A DNA stretch of 63,869 nt, counting the filler, from Folioceros fuciformis (taxonomy: Eukaryota): the NCBI GenBank assembly GCA_049999805.1. It is 26 parts of 26 records of this genome, joined end to end, with 100 filler letters (N's around TTAATTAATTAA, not from the genome) between each part and the next. Parts side by side here need not be neighbours in the genome. Positions count along the whole stretch, not along the records: positions 50,569 to 51,855 come from JBNGIO010007097.1; positions 51,956 to 54,262 come from JBNGIO010007098.1; positions 54,363 to 55,643 come from JBNGIO010007099.1; positions 55,744 to 56,894 come from JBNGIO010007100.1; positions 56,995 to 58,460 come from JBNGIO010007101.1; positions 58,561 to 62,637 come from JBNGIO010007102.1; 20 more parts are not named here. One strand, 5' to 3'. The notes under the pieces were generated by a model that was not told the origin of the DNA, ran no database searches, and saw only the letters and a program-made list of their open reading frames with translations. Shown here piece by piece: positions 50,569 to 62,537 of the stretch. Position 1 is the stretch's first letter, and each line of letters begins with the position of its first letter. The translations under genes and the position numbers were made by a program.

Positions 50569-51855
50569 CTGATTTGGAGGAGGGGGAAGGGGAAGATAAA
50601 TTCCCTTTTTCCCACATATCATGGACAGATGAAGAGGAGGACTACCGAAGGGATATTCCTTATACCCTGAACCGGGTCAAGTGTTTTGGAATCACCTTGG
50701 ACTGCAACATGGTAGGGGCTGAAGCAGCAAACATGGAAGGACAGGCTGCTAGAGTTGCTGAAGGGAAGGGCCAGGAAAAAGCCTCCCATGCCAAGAGGGG
50801 TGTTAAGGAAGGTGAGATGAGCGAAGGGGGCTGTGACCCAAGGTCTGAAGGGCCTGCTGGTGAGGATACAGAGGTCACTAGATTCACCTCCAAAGACCTA
50901 TTCAGGGAATGGGGAATGAGGGAGGAAGATCCCCGAGAGCCGGAAGAAGGGTTTGGAGTCAGCTCTGCACCCGTGCAGCGTGAATGGGTGCAGGCTGATG
51001 AAATTAAGGATGTGGAGGTGTTGCCGGGCAAGGTGCTAAAGTTTTCCAAACAGCTGGATGCCAAATTGGAGGAGGGAATGAAGCAACTCCTGGCTGAGTT
51101 TATCGATGTGTTTGCCTTTGAGGTGACGGACATGAAGGGAATTCCCAAAGAGTGGGGGGAGCACAAGATCGACTTGGAGCCAGGCGCTGTTCCCGTTTGA
51201 ATTCCACAGTACAAGCTGAATCCAAAATACTCCATGAAGGTAAAGGAACAGCTGGAGCAATACTTGAAGGCAGATGTGATTTTTCCAATTGTGAACTCAG
51301 ATTGGGTGGCCCCAATCGTGGTGGTGCCCAAGAAACAGCAAGGGAAGATCCGAGTGTGCCAAGACTGGAGAAGGCTGAACAAAGCTACCAAGAAGGATCA
51401 TTTCCCCTTGCCATTTCATTGACAACATTCTGGATTTGGTGGCTGGCCGCATGATTTACTCCTTTTTGGATGGCTATTCTGGTTACAATCAGCTGTCCCT
51501 CAGGGAGAGTGATTGGCCATTGACAGCCTTCACAATTGATTGGGGGACATTCGCCTACAAGAGGAGTGCTTTTGGGCTGACAGGAGCACCAGGGTCCTTT
51601 ATGCGCAGCATGTACAAGATCTTCAAGGATTTCCTCCACAAGTTCCTAGAGATGTTCATAGATGATTTTTGTGTGTCTAGAGGGGTGGAGCAGCATCTGG
51701 AGCACCTAAGGTTGTGCTTGGCCAGGTGTCGTGAGACGCAACTTTGTTTGCATCCAGAGAAATGCTATTTTGGCATGGCTGAAGGGATCTTGCTAGGTCA
51801 CAGAATTTCAGCAAGGGGCATTGAAGTGGACCCGGACAAGGTGAAGGTGATTGCT
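50569..51855 (+). mobile_element. Ty3/gypsy pol reverse-transcriptase fragment, inactivated
   Basis: DVFAF..EHKIDL.PGA.PV, SDWVAPIVVVPKK..KIRVC.DWRRLNKATKKDHFPLPF, SFLDGYSGYNQ, FGL..APGSF, FIDDF, LLGHRIS..GIEVDPDKV. Stop at about 51198 and frameshift at about 51420. Confidence 0.95.
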
Positions 51856-52100
51856 NNNNNNNNNNNNNNNNNNNNNNNNNNNNNNNNNNNNNNNNNNNNT
51901 TAATTAATTAANNNNNNNNNNNNNNNNNNNNNNNNNNNNNNNNNNNNNNNNNNNNGTGTACGTCCATACCACCTGGCACACCGACACTCGCGCCCGAACA
52001 ATGTTGCTCTACTTCCCTTCCCTCCACGCACTCCTGCCCCTGGAAAATTGCTCGCTGCCCACTTCTCGCCCGCAAGTTGCACATGACAAGAGTCAGGCCA

Positions 52101-54193
52101 ATGGCACTGGAACTCCACGAATTGTACTCTCGGATCCCTTCCTGGGAACCTCCTCGTGAAGACGTGCATCACTCGGCCCATCGATCAGGTTCGTGCCTCC
52201 TCACAAAGTCCCTCACAAAGCCCGCTCTCCCGCGTCCCAATTCCCTCTATCAGGGACTCAGGTACGACCTTTCTTGCAGGCTATTCTGCATTCGACTCAG
52301 ATGCAGATCGCACCAGCGCTCCTCCTTGGAGACGCTCACTGCCGCATGTCTGTGTGGCTACACTTACGGGAGTGTTGTTCGGATACCATATTGGGTTTGG
52401 CTCGGATCTGGAACTGGATGGATCACAGTGAATTCTGCTCAGTGAAAATGAAAAAGCTTCAATGACAGTCTATCTGCCTCCGTTGTAACAGAGTTGTCAA
52501 TGTCCCTTTGGAGTATATCGCACAAGATCTTGGGTTCGCAGGCCATGCCTTGGCTGAAGGTGCATTTCTGTTCCCAGCAACACCCAAGTCTTTTCGCCCA
52601 ACCTCACAAACTGCATTCACCTTCTGCTTGGATGCCCGCCTCCATCCAGAATCTCTCACACACACGCGTTGGTCATGTCTGATTTCAGGATTTGTCGTAA
52701 GCATTTTCTTGTTGGGCGCCTTCTTTGGATGCGCTTTCAGTGGGGTTGCAGCGGACAGAGTTGGCCGTCGTCGGACTCTTCAAGTTTCTGCACTGCCCAT
52801 GATAATCGGCACCGGGTTTAGGTGCAGTTCTCGATGGCCTCTGTTGGACGTTCTCTCTTGTCAATTTGTTTGAACGCTTCATGTTAGCCTTGCTGCTCCT
52901 TCCTAGCACCTCCTGCACCTAATGTCATTACAGCGTTTTCGCAGCGTACTTTTAGCTTGTCCCTCTGGTTTTACTTATCGCCCAGATGTTCCGTTGCTGG
53001 CAGTGCTCTAGCCTCAGGAGGAAATGCTATGTGGTTGGGGCGGTGCTTGGTGGGAATAGGTCTTGGCCTAGGAGGACCAGTAATGGCTATGTACGTTTCT
53101 GAGGTACTCGTTATATCATTAAGATACTGTTGATTCGGATTTGTGATGGCAACTGTTATCTTATGTGTTTTCACCCATCAGATTTCCCCAACCTCTGTTC
53201 GTGGCACCTTTGGATCTTTGTGCCAAATTGCCAACTGTCTGGGTATACTTGGAGCGCTTTTGGCATCATACCCTGCTTCCTCTGTTGCGAACTGGTATGA
53301 TTCTGCATCTCACCTTCGTCAGAGAGCACAGTGAGCGTGGAGCTGGGATATCCGATTCGGGTCTTCACTAATACACTTTGCATCATTTTAGGTGGCGGAT
53401 GTGTTTTTGGATTTCCATAATCCCAGCAGTTGGGCTTCTAATTGGGATGCAATTTTGTGTTGAGAGCCCAAGGTGGCTGTTCAAGGTCCTTTGTCCTGCG
53501 CACCCTGGCCATGTTTTGCTGTTCTTGCCTGCCTTAACTTTTTAGTGTACATGTTTGTATGAACTTCCTTGTCGGACAGCTAAGTGGCTTTTGTGTGGGA
53601 TAGCACGTTAGCTGTTGTTCATTTCAACGTCTTGTCAGCAATCACGAAGAGCCGAAGCTGAGCGGGTGCTTGAAAGCTTACGGGGACCCGCCTACGTTAA
53701 AGTTGCACTAGATGATCTGGTAACTTCTGAGCGATCAGAAGACGCTTCGCAGACGACTTGGGGTGTAGTTTTCAGTATGAAATATAGAAGAGGTACACGA
53801 TTCAGTAGCCTGTGTCATTGATTTGTTGTTGTCCGCTATCCCACAGATGTGAAATTCCCAGCGTCTGGATGGCATAACTTAAGATTCTGGTTGCAGTTGT
53901 GGGCATAGGTGCAGCCCTTTTTGCGCTGCAGCAGCTCTCTGGGATCAATGCCATATTTTATTTCTCTACAACAGTGTTCAAAGATGCTGGAGTGAAGTCA
54001 GATGTAGCAGCAAGTGTGTCTGTTGGAGTTGTGAACCTTTCTGGTATATATCCCCTTTAACCTGTTGTTGTTTTGGACGTATGCTGTTCGAACTGACTGC
54101 CTGTGTCACAAATTTGCAGCATCCTGCTGGGCTGCTTATCTGATGGACCATCAAGGGCGACGTAATCTGCTGTTATACAGTTTCTCTGGCATG
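52101..54193 (+). CDS. MFS sugar porter, plastidic-glucose-transporter-like (pGlcT2/3, SGB1 type), multi-exon, 3' partial
   Basis: [87 protein letters not shown]; about ten short introns. Confidence 0.9.
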
Positions 54194-54449
54194 GTAAAGT
54201 TGATGTTTTTTTTCTTGCCCCCCTCCCCCCCCCCGCCCCCGCCCCCAACTTCTGGGTGCTTTNNNNNNNNNNNNNNNNNNNNNNNNNNNNNNNNNNNNNN
54301 NNNNNNTTAATTAATTAANNNNNNNNNNNNNNNNNNNNNNNNNNNNNNNNNNNNNNNNNNNNTTGCTGTGCACACATATGTCGCCTCCATGCACACCCCT
54401 AACTGTCTGAGTTTTCGCCACTACAATGCAAAACCTACCCACATTGCGA

Positions 54450-54577
54450 TGTCAATTGGGAGCCCTCATGGCGGTGGTAATCGAGAGCCCTCCCTCACGG
54501 TGGTGTCATTCGGGAGCCCTCATGGCGGTGGTAATTGAGAGCCCTCCCTCACAGTGGTGTCAATCGTGAGCCCTCAT
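54450..54577. repeat. 54-bp tandem duplication
   Basis: GAGCCCTCATGGCGGTGGTAAT(C/T)GAGAGCCCTCCCTCAC(G/A)GTGGTGTCA occurs twice, followed by a partial copy. Confidence 0.8.
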
Positions 54578-55743
54578 CGAGATGAATCTTAAAACACTTT
54601 GTGTATGAACCAAAATAAAGAACAAAGGATGTGTCCCTTTCGGTCCACATACTGATTAGAGTGAGAGAAAATAAAAATAAAAATCCCTATACGGTGTACA
54701 AGGAAGTTCTATGACGTGGCGAGGTTGAGTATGTGAATATTCCTGAGATGCCACTGTATATTCTCGTAGAAAATACGTATTCCAAAAAAAATACTTCAGT
54801 GTGTAGTCCTTGTCTAAATCGGTATTCCATAGGCTTGCTTTCACGAGTTAGAGTTTGTTGAGGGGGTCCTGCCCCTGTCCGAATCGGTATTCCATAGGCT
54901 TGCTTTCACGGATTAGGGTTTGTTTAGGGGGTCCTCCACCGCACACACAAGGCCATAGAGCTGCTAGGCTCCGCCATCCTGTATTGTGGTGATCGTACAT
55001 ACAGTGTTTAGGCTCTGTCTCACAGCCTGCATTCCTGCCCTCATAACTAGGGTTTGGGTTGAGCCTCACAACCATTGCCACATCTTTCAGAGAACCACTT
55101 GAGCAAATTTGTTAAGAACCCAAATTGTTACTAAAGAAACAAAGTGAAGTCATTACACACTTGCCTCTAACGCCTCCAGCTCTTGCAATAATGTGCGGCA
55201 CTCATCCAATCCGCAGCTTAGTCTTCGCAATTGGCATCGCAATTGCTGCCTTCGCTGCACGTCAAGATACCTCCACCTTGTTGAAGACCCCATTTGCATT
55301 GAACACAGCCTTTTCGACTTCCTCCAATTCCATTGTCTTGTAACTATGGTTGCAATGATTTCTAGTATTGCCTCCGCAACACAACCATCATCGGTCATTG
55401 TTCCCTCAAGGCCCATAGCCTCTACATCTTCAATCCCTTGGGGCCCACCACCCTCCTCGACCTCATAGCCTATTGCTTTCTCCCCCTCTCTTTTCCATTC
55501 CATCGCATCCCCTCCTCCAAGTTCTACTCCTGCGTATGTAGCCCCTGCAAGGCCGCTGCCATTCCCCATGTGGCCTTGTAGGGTTCCCTCCCCTACCTCC
55601 AAGGGGATGGTTACCCCGAGGCTTCCATCCCCTCGCATTGTGCNNNNNNNNNNNNNNNNNNNNNNNNNNNNNNNNNNNNNNNNNNNNTTAATTAATTAAN
55701 NNNNNNNNNNNNNNNNNNNNNNNNNNNNNNNNNNNNNNNNNNN

Positions 55744-56409
55744 CGCCTGAGCCTCCTCCGCGGCCCTGCCAACGGTCCTGGCCCGCAAGACCGCAACCTG
55801 CACGGGCCTGCCTCCCTCGGTCTCGTTCGAAACCGCGAGCGCCCCTTCCTGCTCCTCCGGCGGCCCCGCGGCAATACGCTCCTCCACCTCCCCCTTCCCG
55901 GACGCCACGGGGCTGGGCGGGCGTGGCGGGAGCAGCCCGAGCCCGGGGCTGTGCAGGCGCGCGGGCTCCGGCAGCGGCACATTGTTGGACTCGCACCAGC
56001 TGGCGATGAGCGCCTTGACAGTGTAGTTAGGAATGAGGTTGGTGTGCGTGAGCGCCTGGCGCGTCTTGGGACAGGTGGTGTTGCCCTGGTCCAGCCACTG
56101 CTGGATGTAGGCGCGCTCGTACGTCTGCCCCGACGCCACGATCACTGGATCCGACATGAGCTCCAGCGAGAGCGGGCACCGAAAATCCGGGGGAATGGCC
56201 TTGCCGAGCGGCAGGCCCGAGCCAGCCTCGGCCCCGGACGCGGGCAAGGGCACGGGCACTGACACCGCCACAACTCCACCTCCCGCTCCCGCCGCATCCA
56301 TGAACCCTCGCCGCGCGATCTGCTGCTGGTGGTGGAGAGGCTGCTGCTGCTGCTGCTGATGGTGATGGAGAGGTTGGTGTTGCTGATGCTGCTGGCTTGC
56401 CGCCGCCAT
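55744..56409 (-). CDS. Plant U-box E3 ligase (PUB2/3/4-like U-box), N-terminal part
   Basis: IPPDFRCPLSLELMSDPVIVASGQTYERAYIQQWLDQG..TCPKTRQ.L.HTNLIPNYTVKALIASWCE, preceded by poly-Q/H. Confidence 0.93.
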
Positions 56410-56994
56410 AGCCGAGCTCCAACACAAGCTCCTAGTCGCTGCCCGTTCGTGCCGCCGCTCAAATTGTGCAGCCGCAAGGCAGGCCGCATATCGCGTCTTC
56501 TTGTCTCCTGCTCCTAATCCTGTCCCAACGCAGAGCCGCGGCTGCCGCTCCCAGTCCCGCGGCTACGGCAGCGTGCGCCATGTCTGGATGGGGCCAGAGA
56601 GCGAGTGCGCGCAGGTGCAGCAGCCAGCCAGCCAGCCAGGCGCACGGCACGAAAGCGAAACGAGGGCAGCTGATTCAAATGGCAGCCCTGTCCTGGGCCG
56701 CTATAATAACCGGGTGACCGGTCCCCGGTCGCAAACCCTCCATCAACACAGCGCTGCCTCGCGCCTTCACGTTGTTTCCACGTCCCGCACATTTCATTAG
56801 CTCCGCGAGAGACCTATGTGCCCCCTAATCGCTGCGGCAGCCGTCAAATTTAGACGGTGACGTCCAACGCGGCGAGACGCGTCTCGCGACGCGANNNNNN
56901 NNNNNNNNNNNNNNNNNNNNNNNNNNNNNNNNNNNNNNTTAATTAATTAANNNNNNNNNNNNNNNNNNNNNNNNNNNNNNNNNNNNNNNNNNNN

Positions 56995-58460
56995 TTATAT
57001 AACTTCTTAGTCTATATTATAGTATACTACTCTCTAACTTAAATAGTAATTATTATAACTACTTATCTTTCTAGCTTATAGAATCTCTATTTACTAAAGA
57101 TAGAGTTAATTTATACTAATAGAGTTAACTCTATAGATATTAGAATTAGTTATTTTAGTATATCTTTTATATACTACTATATAGCTACTTATATATATAC
57201 TAAATATAAGTAGAATTCTATACTTAAGTACTTTCTAACTATATCTATCTCTTTTTCTCTAGAATTACTATAGTAACTCTAGTTTTATATCTTTAATAAT
57301 ACTTTATACTTCTACTACTATCTATAGACTTTAAGTAACTTATTTAGTTTATAATTATATTATAGAGGTAAATCTACTCTTTTCTACTAGCTACTTTAGA
57401 GGCTATATTTTATATAAGTTTAGCTTAGTTTACTCTACTAAAGCTCTATCTATATAAGAATAAATAGTAGCTTAGATAAATAAACTAAAAACTAGTACTA
57501 AAATAAGTTATAGAATATATAGAGTAATATAGATAATAGGCTACTATAAGTTTCTAGTTAACTACTATACTAGGTCTTACTTTAATACTTATAGTAGCTA
57601 TAATATCTATAGATATTAAATATTTAACTACTTAAGCTACGTAACTAGTAATTTTACTAGATAGTACTACTATATCTAAAGATAGTAATATTTCTCTTTC
57701 TAGTCTATATAATAGGCTAATAATTACTATAGATAGAACTTTAATAATTCTATAATAGTATATAATAGTATATCTTATAATTCTTATAATAAGTATATTA
57801 GTTATATATAAAGAAGCCTTTAAGCTTAAATTATTAATACTACCTACTCTAAAGCTAAATAGGCTAGTATCTATAAACTAAGTAAAGCTAGTAGAAGTTT
57901 AGATACTACTTAGTACTTTTTATCTAGTATAAGCTATATTCTAGATAAGAAGTATAAGCTATATTATTATTAGTATAAACTACTTAGAGATAAAATAGAG
58001 AACTATTATACTAGGTATAAGAATAGCTTCTATTATTAGTAAAAGCTACTTTACTATACTACTATTACTACGTACTAATACTTAGCTAAGCTCTATATTT
58101 ACTCTATATATTAATATAGTTCTAAATATAGCTTATTTACTCTAGTAACTTCTATATACCTATATTTAGGATAAATAAAATCTCTACTATTTATTATTCT
58201 AATTCTCTATTAAACTCTAAATAAAAAGCTTACTATATAGTTATACTAATCTTATAATTATTATAGTACTATAGCTTTAGCTAGCTACGCTTTTCTCTAT
58301 TAAAACTAGTTTTTCTAGAAATATATAATTAGCCTTAGTAATATATAGTACTACTATTATTATAGTAGTTATTATTTTAACTCTACTTCTAGTAGGTTTT
58401 TTTCTTATAATAGCTAGTTCTTTAGTATAGAGATATTAAAGTAAATATAATATATAATCT
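56995..58460. repeat. RIP-like hypermutated repeat relic, probably ascomycete fungal DNA
   Basis: Very AT-rich and TpA-rich. By eye there is no CA or TG dinucleotide in 1466 bp and only 3 CG. Nearly every C is followed by T and nearly every G is preceded by A. No ORF. Confidence 0.85.
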
Positions 58461-58980
58461 NNNNNNNNNNNNNNNNNNNNNNNNNNNNNNNNNNNNNNNN
58501 NNNNTTAATTAATTAANNNNNNNNNNNNNNNNNNNNNNNNNNNNNNNNNNNNNNNNNNNNGTCCTGACACGATACACACGTGGAGATTTGGCACACATTA
58601 TACATACGTTGTAGCGTAGTGAGTGGGTGGTGTATCTACTGCAGGTGGACCAAGAAGGAGATTTTGCTTTTTTGCGGCCTTCAACCCTAAATAAAGCCCT
58701 ATAAAGCCCTATAAAGCCCTAGCCCTAGCCCCAACCCCAACCCTAGCCCGGTTCTAGCCTTCGGCCTTTTCCTCGGTTTTCCCATACCATGTTATTGTAA
58801 ATGGGACTTGCCATGTACATATATACTGTAGGTCGGTGACAAAAACGTCGGCTTGTCCTTCGTCGTCAGGCCTCCCATACAGAGAGTTAGTACATACATA
58901 CATATATGTACATAATCTACATTGTTTTGTAGGAGGCCTGGCCCAGGCGTTCCAGGGTGAGAGAGGGCCGAGACCGGGGT

Positions 58981-58982
<2 letters not shown>

Positions 58983-59012
<30 letters not shown>
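58983..59012. repeat. (GCGT)n microsatellite
   Basis: About 7.5 perfect units. Confidence 0.9.
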
Positions 59013-59013
<1 letters not shown>

Positions 59014-60203
59014 GCTTCCGACGCCCTTCTTCTCCCTTCCCGTGCGTGTGAGGGATGTGGGCTCTGGTGGCAGCAGTGGCCCCTGGGTGTGTGTGCGTGC
59101 GAGAGTGGCGGGTTGCGGTGATTGGGTAGCTGGCAGGCCGGCAGGCTGGGCCCAGCGCCAGAGCAAATGAATCGCGATCTTCCACCTCACTGCACTCGCA
59201 GCGTAGCGACCACGATGATGGCCGCTGCAGAGATGCCACCTGGGCGCCCATTGTCTATGCTAATGTTGGCGGGGGGTGGGGAGACGCCGGCGTCAGGATG
59301 GCCAACTTGGACCCCCGCTCCCGGATCTCTTTGCACCCTCGAAGATTCGGGCTGCGCTGGGCCACAGCGCCCACGGCGGACCGCACGCCTCCCTCTATTT
59401 AGAAACCAGCCCACGCAGTTGTGAGCCAGGAACCCAATGTGTGGTGAATACAGCGTGTGGCGGGCCCCTGACGAATCAGCGACGGGATTCAGATGCCCAG
59501 TGCCCCTTGCGTCCACGCTACTGGACCAGACTGGATACATCCATATCTCCACTGTCCCGCTCTCCTCTCCCTCCTCCGACTCTTCTCCTTTGCTCACAGG
59601 CGCCCACGTCGACTTCAGTCCACTGTCCTCTTCTCCTGCCTTTTTTTCCTTTTTCGTTCTCCCTATATCAACCCGTCCACTAGGATTGCGCTACTTGCCA
59701 ACAGATTTTTGTGAACTCGGCTTTTTCTTTCCCCTCTTCGCCACAAACCGCCAAGTAGTCTAAGCAATGTACAATTGCTGCGGCACAGCATTTCACTTGA
59801 CTATTCTCTTCTCTATCACGTAACGTTGTGCTTTGATGTTAGTGCCGCATTTGGCAGTAGGCCAAGATCAGCTGACGACAGCGGAGGAAATGCACGAATG
59901 TACTGCCGAGTCCCGACACACACCAATCCGCACTCATATGTCGTTCACATTCAGCTTTCGCTTCGACGCATTGGTCTTCGTTGCCGGTATGCCAATTCAT
60001 TTTGTCAATAAGTACATCACATCTATTATGCATTTTCCCTCTCCTACCGACGTCGTGTTGGTACAAGGATGAGTAGGAAGAAAAAGAAGTACCTGACCCT
60101 CAGGAAGTAAGAAAGGCTGCTCGGCAGAAGCGTATGCTTCCCCCACACCGGAAAAAAAAGCTAAGAGAAAAGGAAATAAGGGTAGGCAGTAAGACAGCTA
60201 CAT

Positions 60204-62537
60204 CTATTCGAGGGACGGCTTCACCGCAGCCAATAACCTCGTAAGTGTTGTGGAATTGCCCAACGATCCAACGGCCCGCACCGGCTGAGGAGCAATCACC
60301 TTGTGCGCACACTCCTTATGGCCACTATCATCCCCAGCAGCCGCTGCCGCTGCCGCAGCCGCAGCGGCAGCAACAGTAGGTCCCAGACAGAAAAAGTTTC
60401 TCTCCTGCATACCCATCTCCTCAACCGCGAGAGGAACAGGAGCAGCATCCTGCGTAACAAACTTCTTCAAAAAACCCCACAGCACAGCCCTGCACTTCGC
60501 CCCAGGGCTGGTCTGGAACATGCAAGAGCTGAGGCGGGTAGGCACCCCTAAGGGGTCGATGTAGGGGCTCAAGGCACCCTGCCTACTGCTGCTCCGCTCC
60601 GCAGAGGCCCGCATGAAGGCGGAATTGTACCAGAGAACCACCTGGTTCTCATCTGTCAGCATGACCGGGTCGCAGGAGGTGCTATACACCTGCTCCAGGT
60701 ACGCCAGATCAATGTGTGCAACATCGGTAGCCCTCTCCGTACAGAGCTGGATCAAGGACTCCCCAACCCCACCACCGCTGGTGACACCACAAGCACCAGG
60801 ACCAGGACCACCTCTAGGACCCCCAGCAATGGAGGCTCGCGAAACCAGCTCCCTGAAATGGTCTTGCAATGGCTTCGCCTCCAACGCCTCACCCTCCACA
60901 TGGCCAAGCCCATGCCCCAGCCCAAGCCCATGCTGCCGCATCAAACTCTCTCGCTCCAACTGCCGGCTCCGTAGTCGCTCAAACCTATCCTCCAGGCACC
61001 TACCGCGTCCACCCCCGCTCCCATACCCGTCACGGCAGGGCCCCGCCCCCGTCGCGACTCCCGGATCCTGCCTGAAACCCTCGGCTGCGTCGCTGCTACT
61101 GAGGCTCAGACCCACAGATGTGCAAACAGAGACACATCCAGATCCACTTTTGACATGCGACGGTGTATCTGGAAGCAGGCTGAGAGTCACGAGCTGTGGA
61201 CGAGAAGAGCCCACGTCCACCGCAGGGACCGAGGCATCGCTGGCGTCGTGCAAAGGGGGGCGCACCACGCTCCTGAAGCTACCCTTCCCGAAATCCACAG
61301 TGCAGCCACGGATGTCCCGAGCAGCCCTGTTGAGATCAAGGACGGCGGGGCTGCTGCCGCTGCCACTTCCTCGGCCGGGGGAGCGGGTTGGAGAGGAGGC
61401 CGAGTCATCCGGACGCATCCCGGCCGCCACATGCGAGCTGCTATTGAGATCCAGGGCTACCATGCGGGCGGGGCCGGAGCTAGGGCCGGGGCCAGGGCCG
61501 GGGCTGCTGCCAATATCCCCACACTTGCTGCTGTGATCCAGCGAGTAGCCTGTAATGCCTTTGAGCATTTCGGTAAAGCCTCCGGAGTTAGTCCTCACCT
61601 TGTGTAGCAACTTGTTCACGGAGGGGGAGCTGGCAGCTGCAGCTCTCTCCATGAACGCGACATCTCTGTCCACGACCGTTCCTGGACCACCGCTGCAACC
61701 CCCCACTCCAGCTGCTGCGGCCGCTGCTGCTGCTGTTCCGGGAATCGAGGAGCTGAAATGAGAAACATTAGTGCAACTGCTTCCTACCCTCTCCTGATGG
61801 AAGATGCTGCCGCTGACGCTGCCGCTGTAAGGAGACACAACCATCTTGGTGTACGCGTCCTCAAATGCCAACCGCTTACCTGAGGCGGCCCCCGGCTCCG
61901 CTCCCGAGGACAAGGTCAAGGCAGAGGAGACGCTAGCCTCACCGAAGTCGTTGAGAATGCGGGTAATAGCCCCTCCTCCTCCACTCCCACCTCCCATGGC
62001 GTGCGGGTGATGGTGGTGCTGTGACTGTTGCATCTGCTGCGGAACCTGCTGCTCTGCGGGAGCCGGACAGCCTGTACTCCTTTCGGCATCCGCTGACATG
62101 GACAAACAGGACATGTCGGGGGCAGCCAAGCCGAACCTGGTCAAGAAGCCTCCCTGGTGGTGAACCGGCTTGGGAGGAGACTGGACCGGCGCGCTCCTCT
62201 TGCTGGTGCCCCTGGCCGCAGGAAACCTGTCGGCGGAGCGCTTCCTGGACCTCCTCCCCCTGGAGGACGTGGTGTCGGCAGAGGCCGTAGGAACCGGGCC
62301 TGGGCCTGGGCCGGTCCCAGCCTTGCTGCCGACCGACATGGAGCTGGAAGACTGCAGGTCGGAGGCGCAGGGCGACGAGGCGGCCGGGTCCGGCTTGGGG
62401 GCAATTGGCCGCGGGGCGATGGGGCGCGGTGCAATGGGCCTATAGCGGGACAGAATATGGTCTCTCTTGGAGGGAGTGGGCGCGCTGGTCGCATTGTACC
62501 TAGCGAGGCAGCAGCCGCCCTGCTCTAAAGGAATCAT
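60204..62537 (-). CDS. AITR/DIG-like (ABA-induced transcription repressor family) protein
   Basis: 777-aa ORF with ILSRYRPIAPRP..PKP, RSRKR, two LDLN, LVTLSLL, PVMLTDENQVVLWYNSAF, QERNF and VIAPQPVRAVGS, matching family blocks as I recall them. Confidence 0.72.
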   Translation of the reverse strand: MIPLEQGGCCLARYNATSAPTPSKRDHILSRYRPIAPRPIAPRPIAPKPDPAASSPCASDLQSSSSMSVGSKAGTGPGPGPVPTASADTTSSRGRRSRKRSADRFPAARGTSKRSAPVQSPPKPVHHQGGFLTRFGLAAPDMSCLSMSADAERSTGCPAPAEQQVPQQMQQSQHHHHPHAMGGGSGGGGAITRILNDFGEASVSSALTLSSGAEPGAASGKRLAFEDAYTKMVVSPYSGSVSGSIFHQERVGSSCTNVSHFSSSIPGTAAAAAAAAGVGGCSGGPGTVVDRDVAFMERAAAASSPSVNKLLHKVRTNSGGFTEMLKGITGYSLDHSSKCGDIGSSPGPGPGPSSGPARMVALDLNSSSHVAAGMRPDDSASSPTRSPGRGSGSGSSPAVLDLNRAARDIRGCTVDFGKGSFRSVVRPPLHDASDASVPAVDVGSSRPQLVTLSLLPDTPSHVKSGSGCVSVCTSVGLSLSSSDAAEGFRQDPGVATGAGPCRDGYGSGGGRGRCLEDRFERLRSRQLERESLMRQHGLGLGHGLGHVEGEALEAKPLQDHFRELVSRASIAGGPRGGPGPGACGVTSGGGVGESLIQLCTERATDVAHIDLAYLEQVYSTSCDPVMLTDENQVVLWYNSAFMRASAERSSSRQGALSPYIDPLGVPTRLSSCMFQTSPGAKCRAVLWGFLKKFVTQDAAPVPLAVEEMGMQERNFFCLGPTVAAAAAAAAAAAAGDDSGHKECAHKVIAPQPVRAVGSLGNSTTLTRLLAAVKPSLE

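Noticed and set aside
54850-55643. ORF 55153-55638 as a gene
   Set aside because: Frameshifted, low-complexity and in repeat context; cannot be assigned.
60301-62528. Long antisense and overlapping ORFs (e.g. 60613-61536, 1503-2279)
   Set aside because: Expected shadows of GC-rich coding sequence on the opposite strand.
42444-62537. ABA 'cluster' of PYL, U-box and AITR-like genes
   Set aside because: The genes are on separate contigs joined by artificial spacers, so there is no evidence of linkage.
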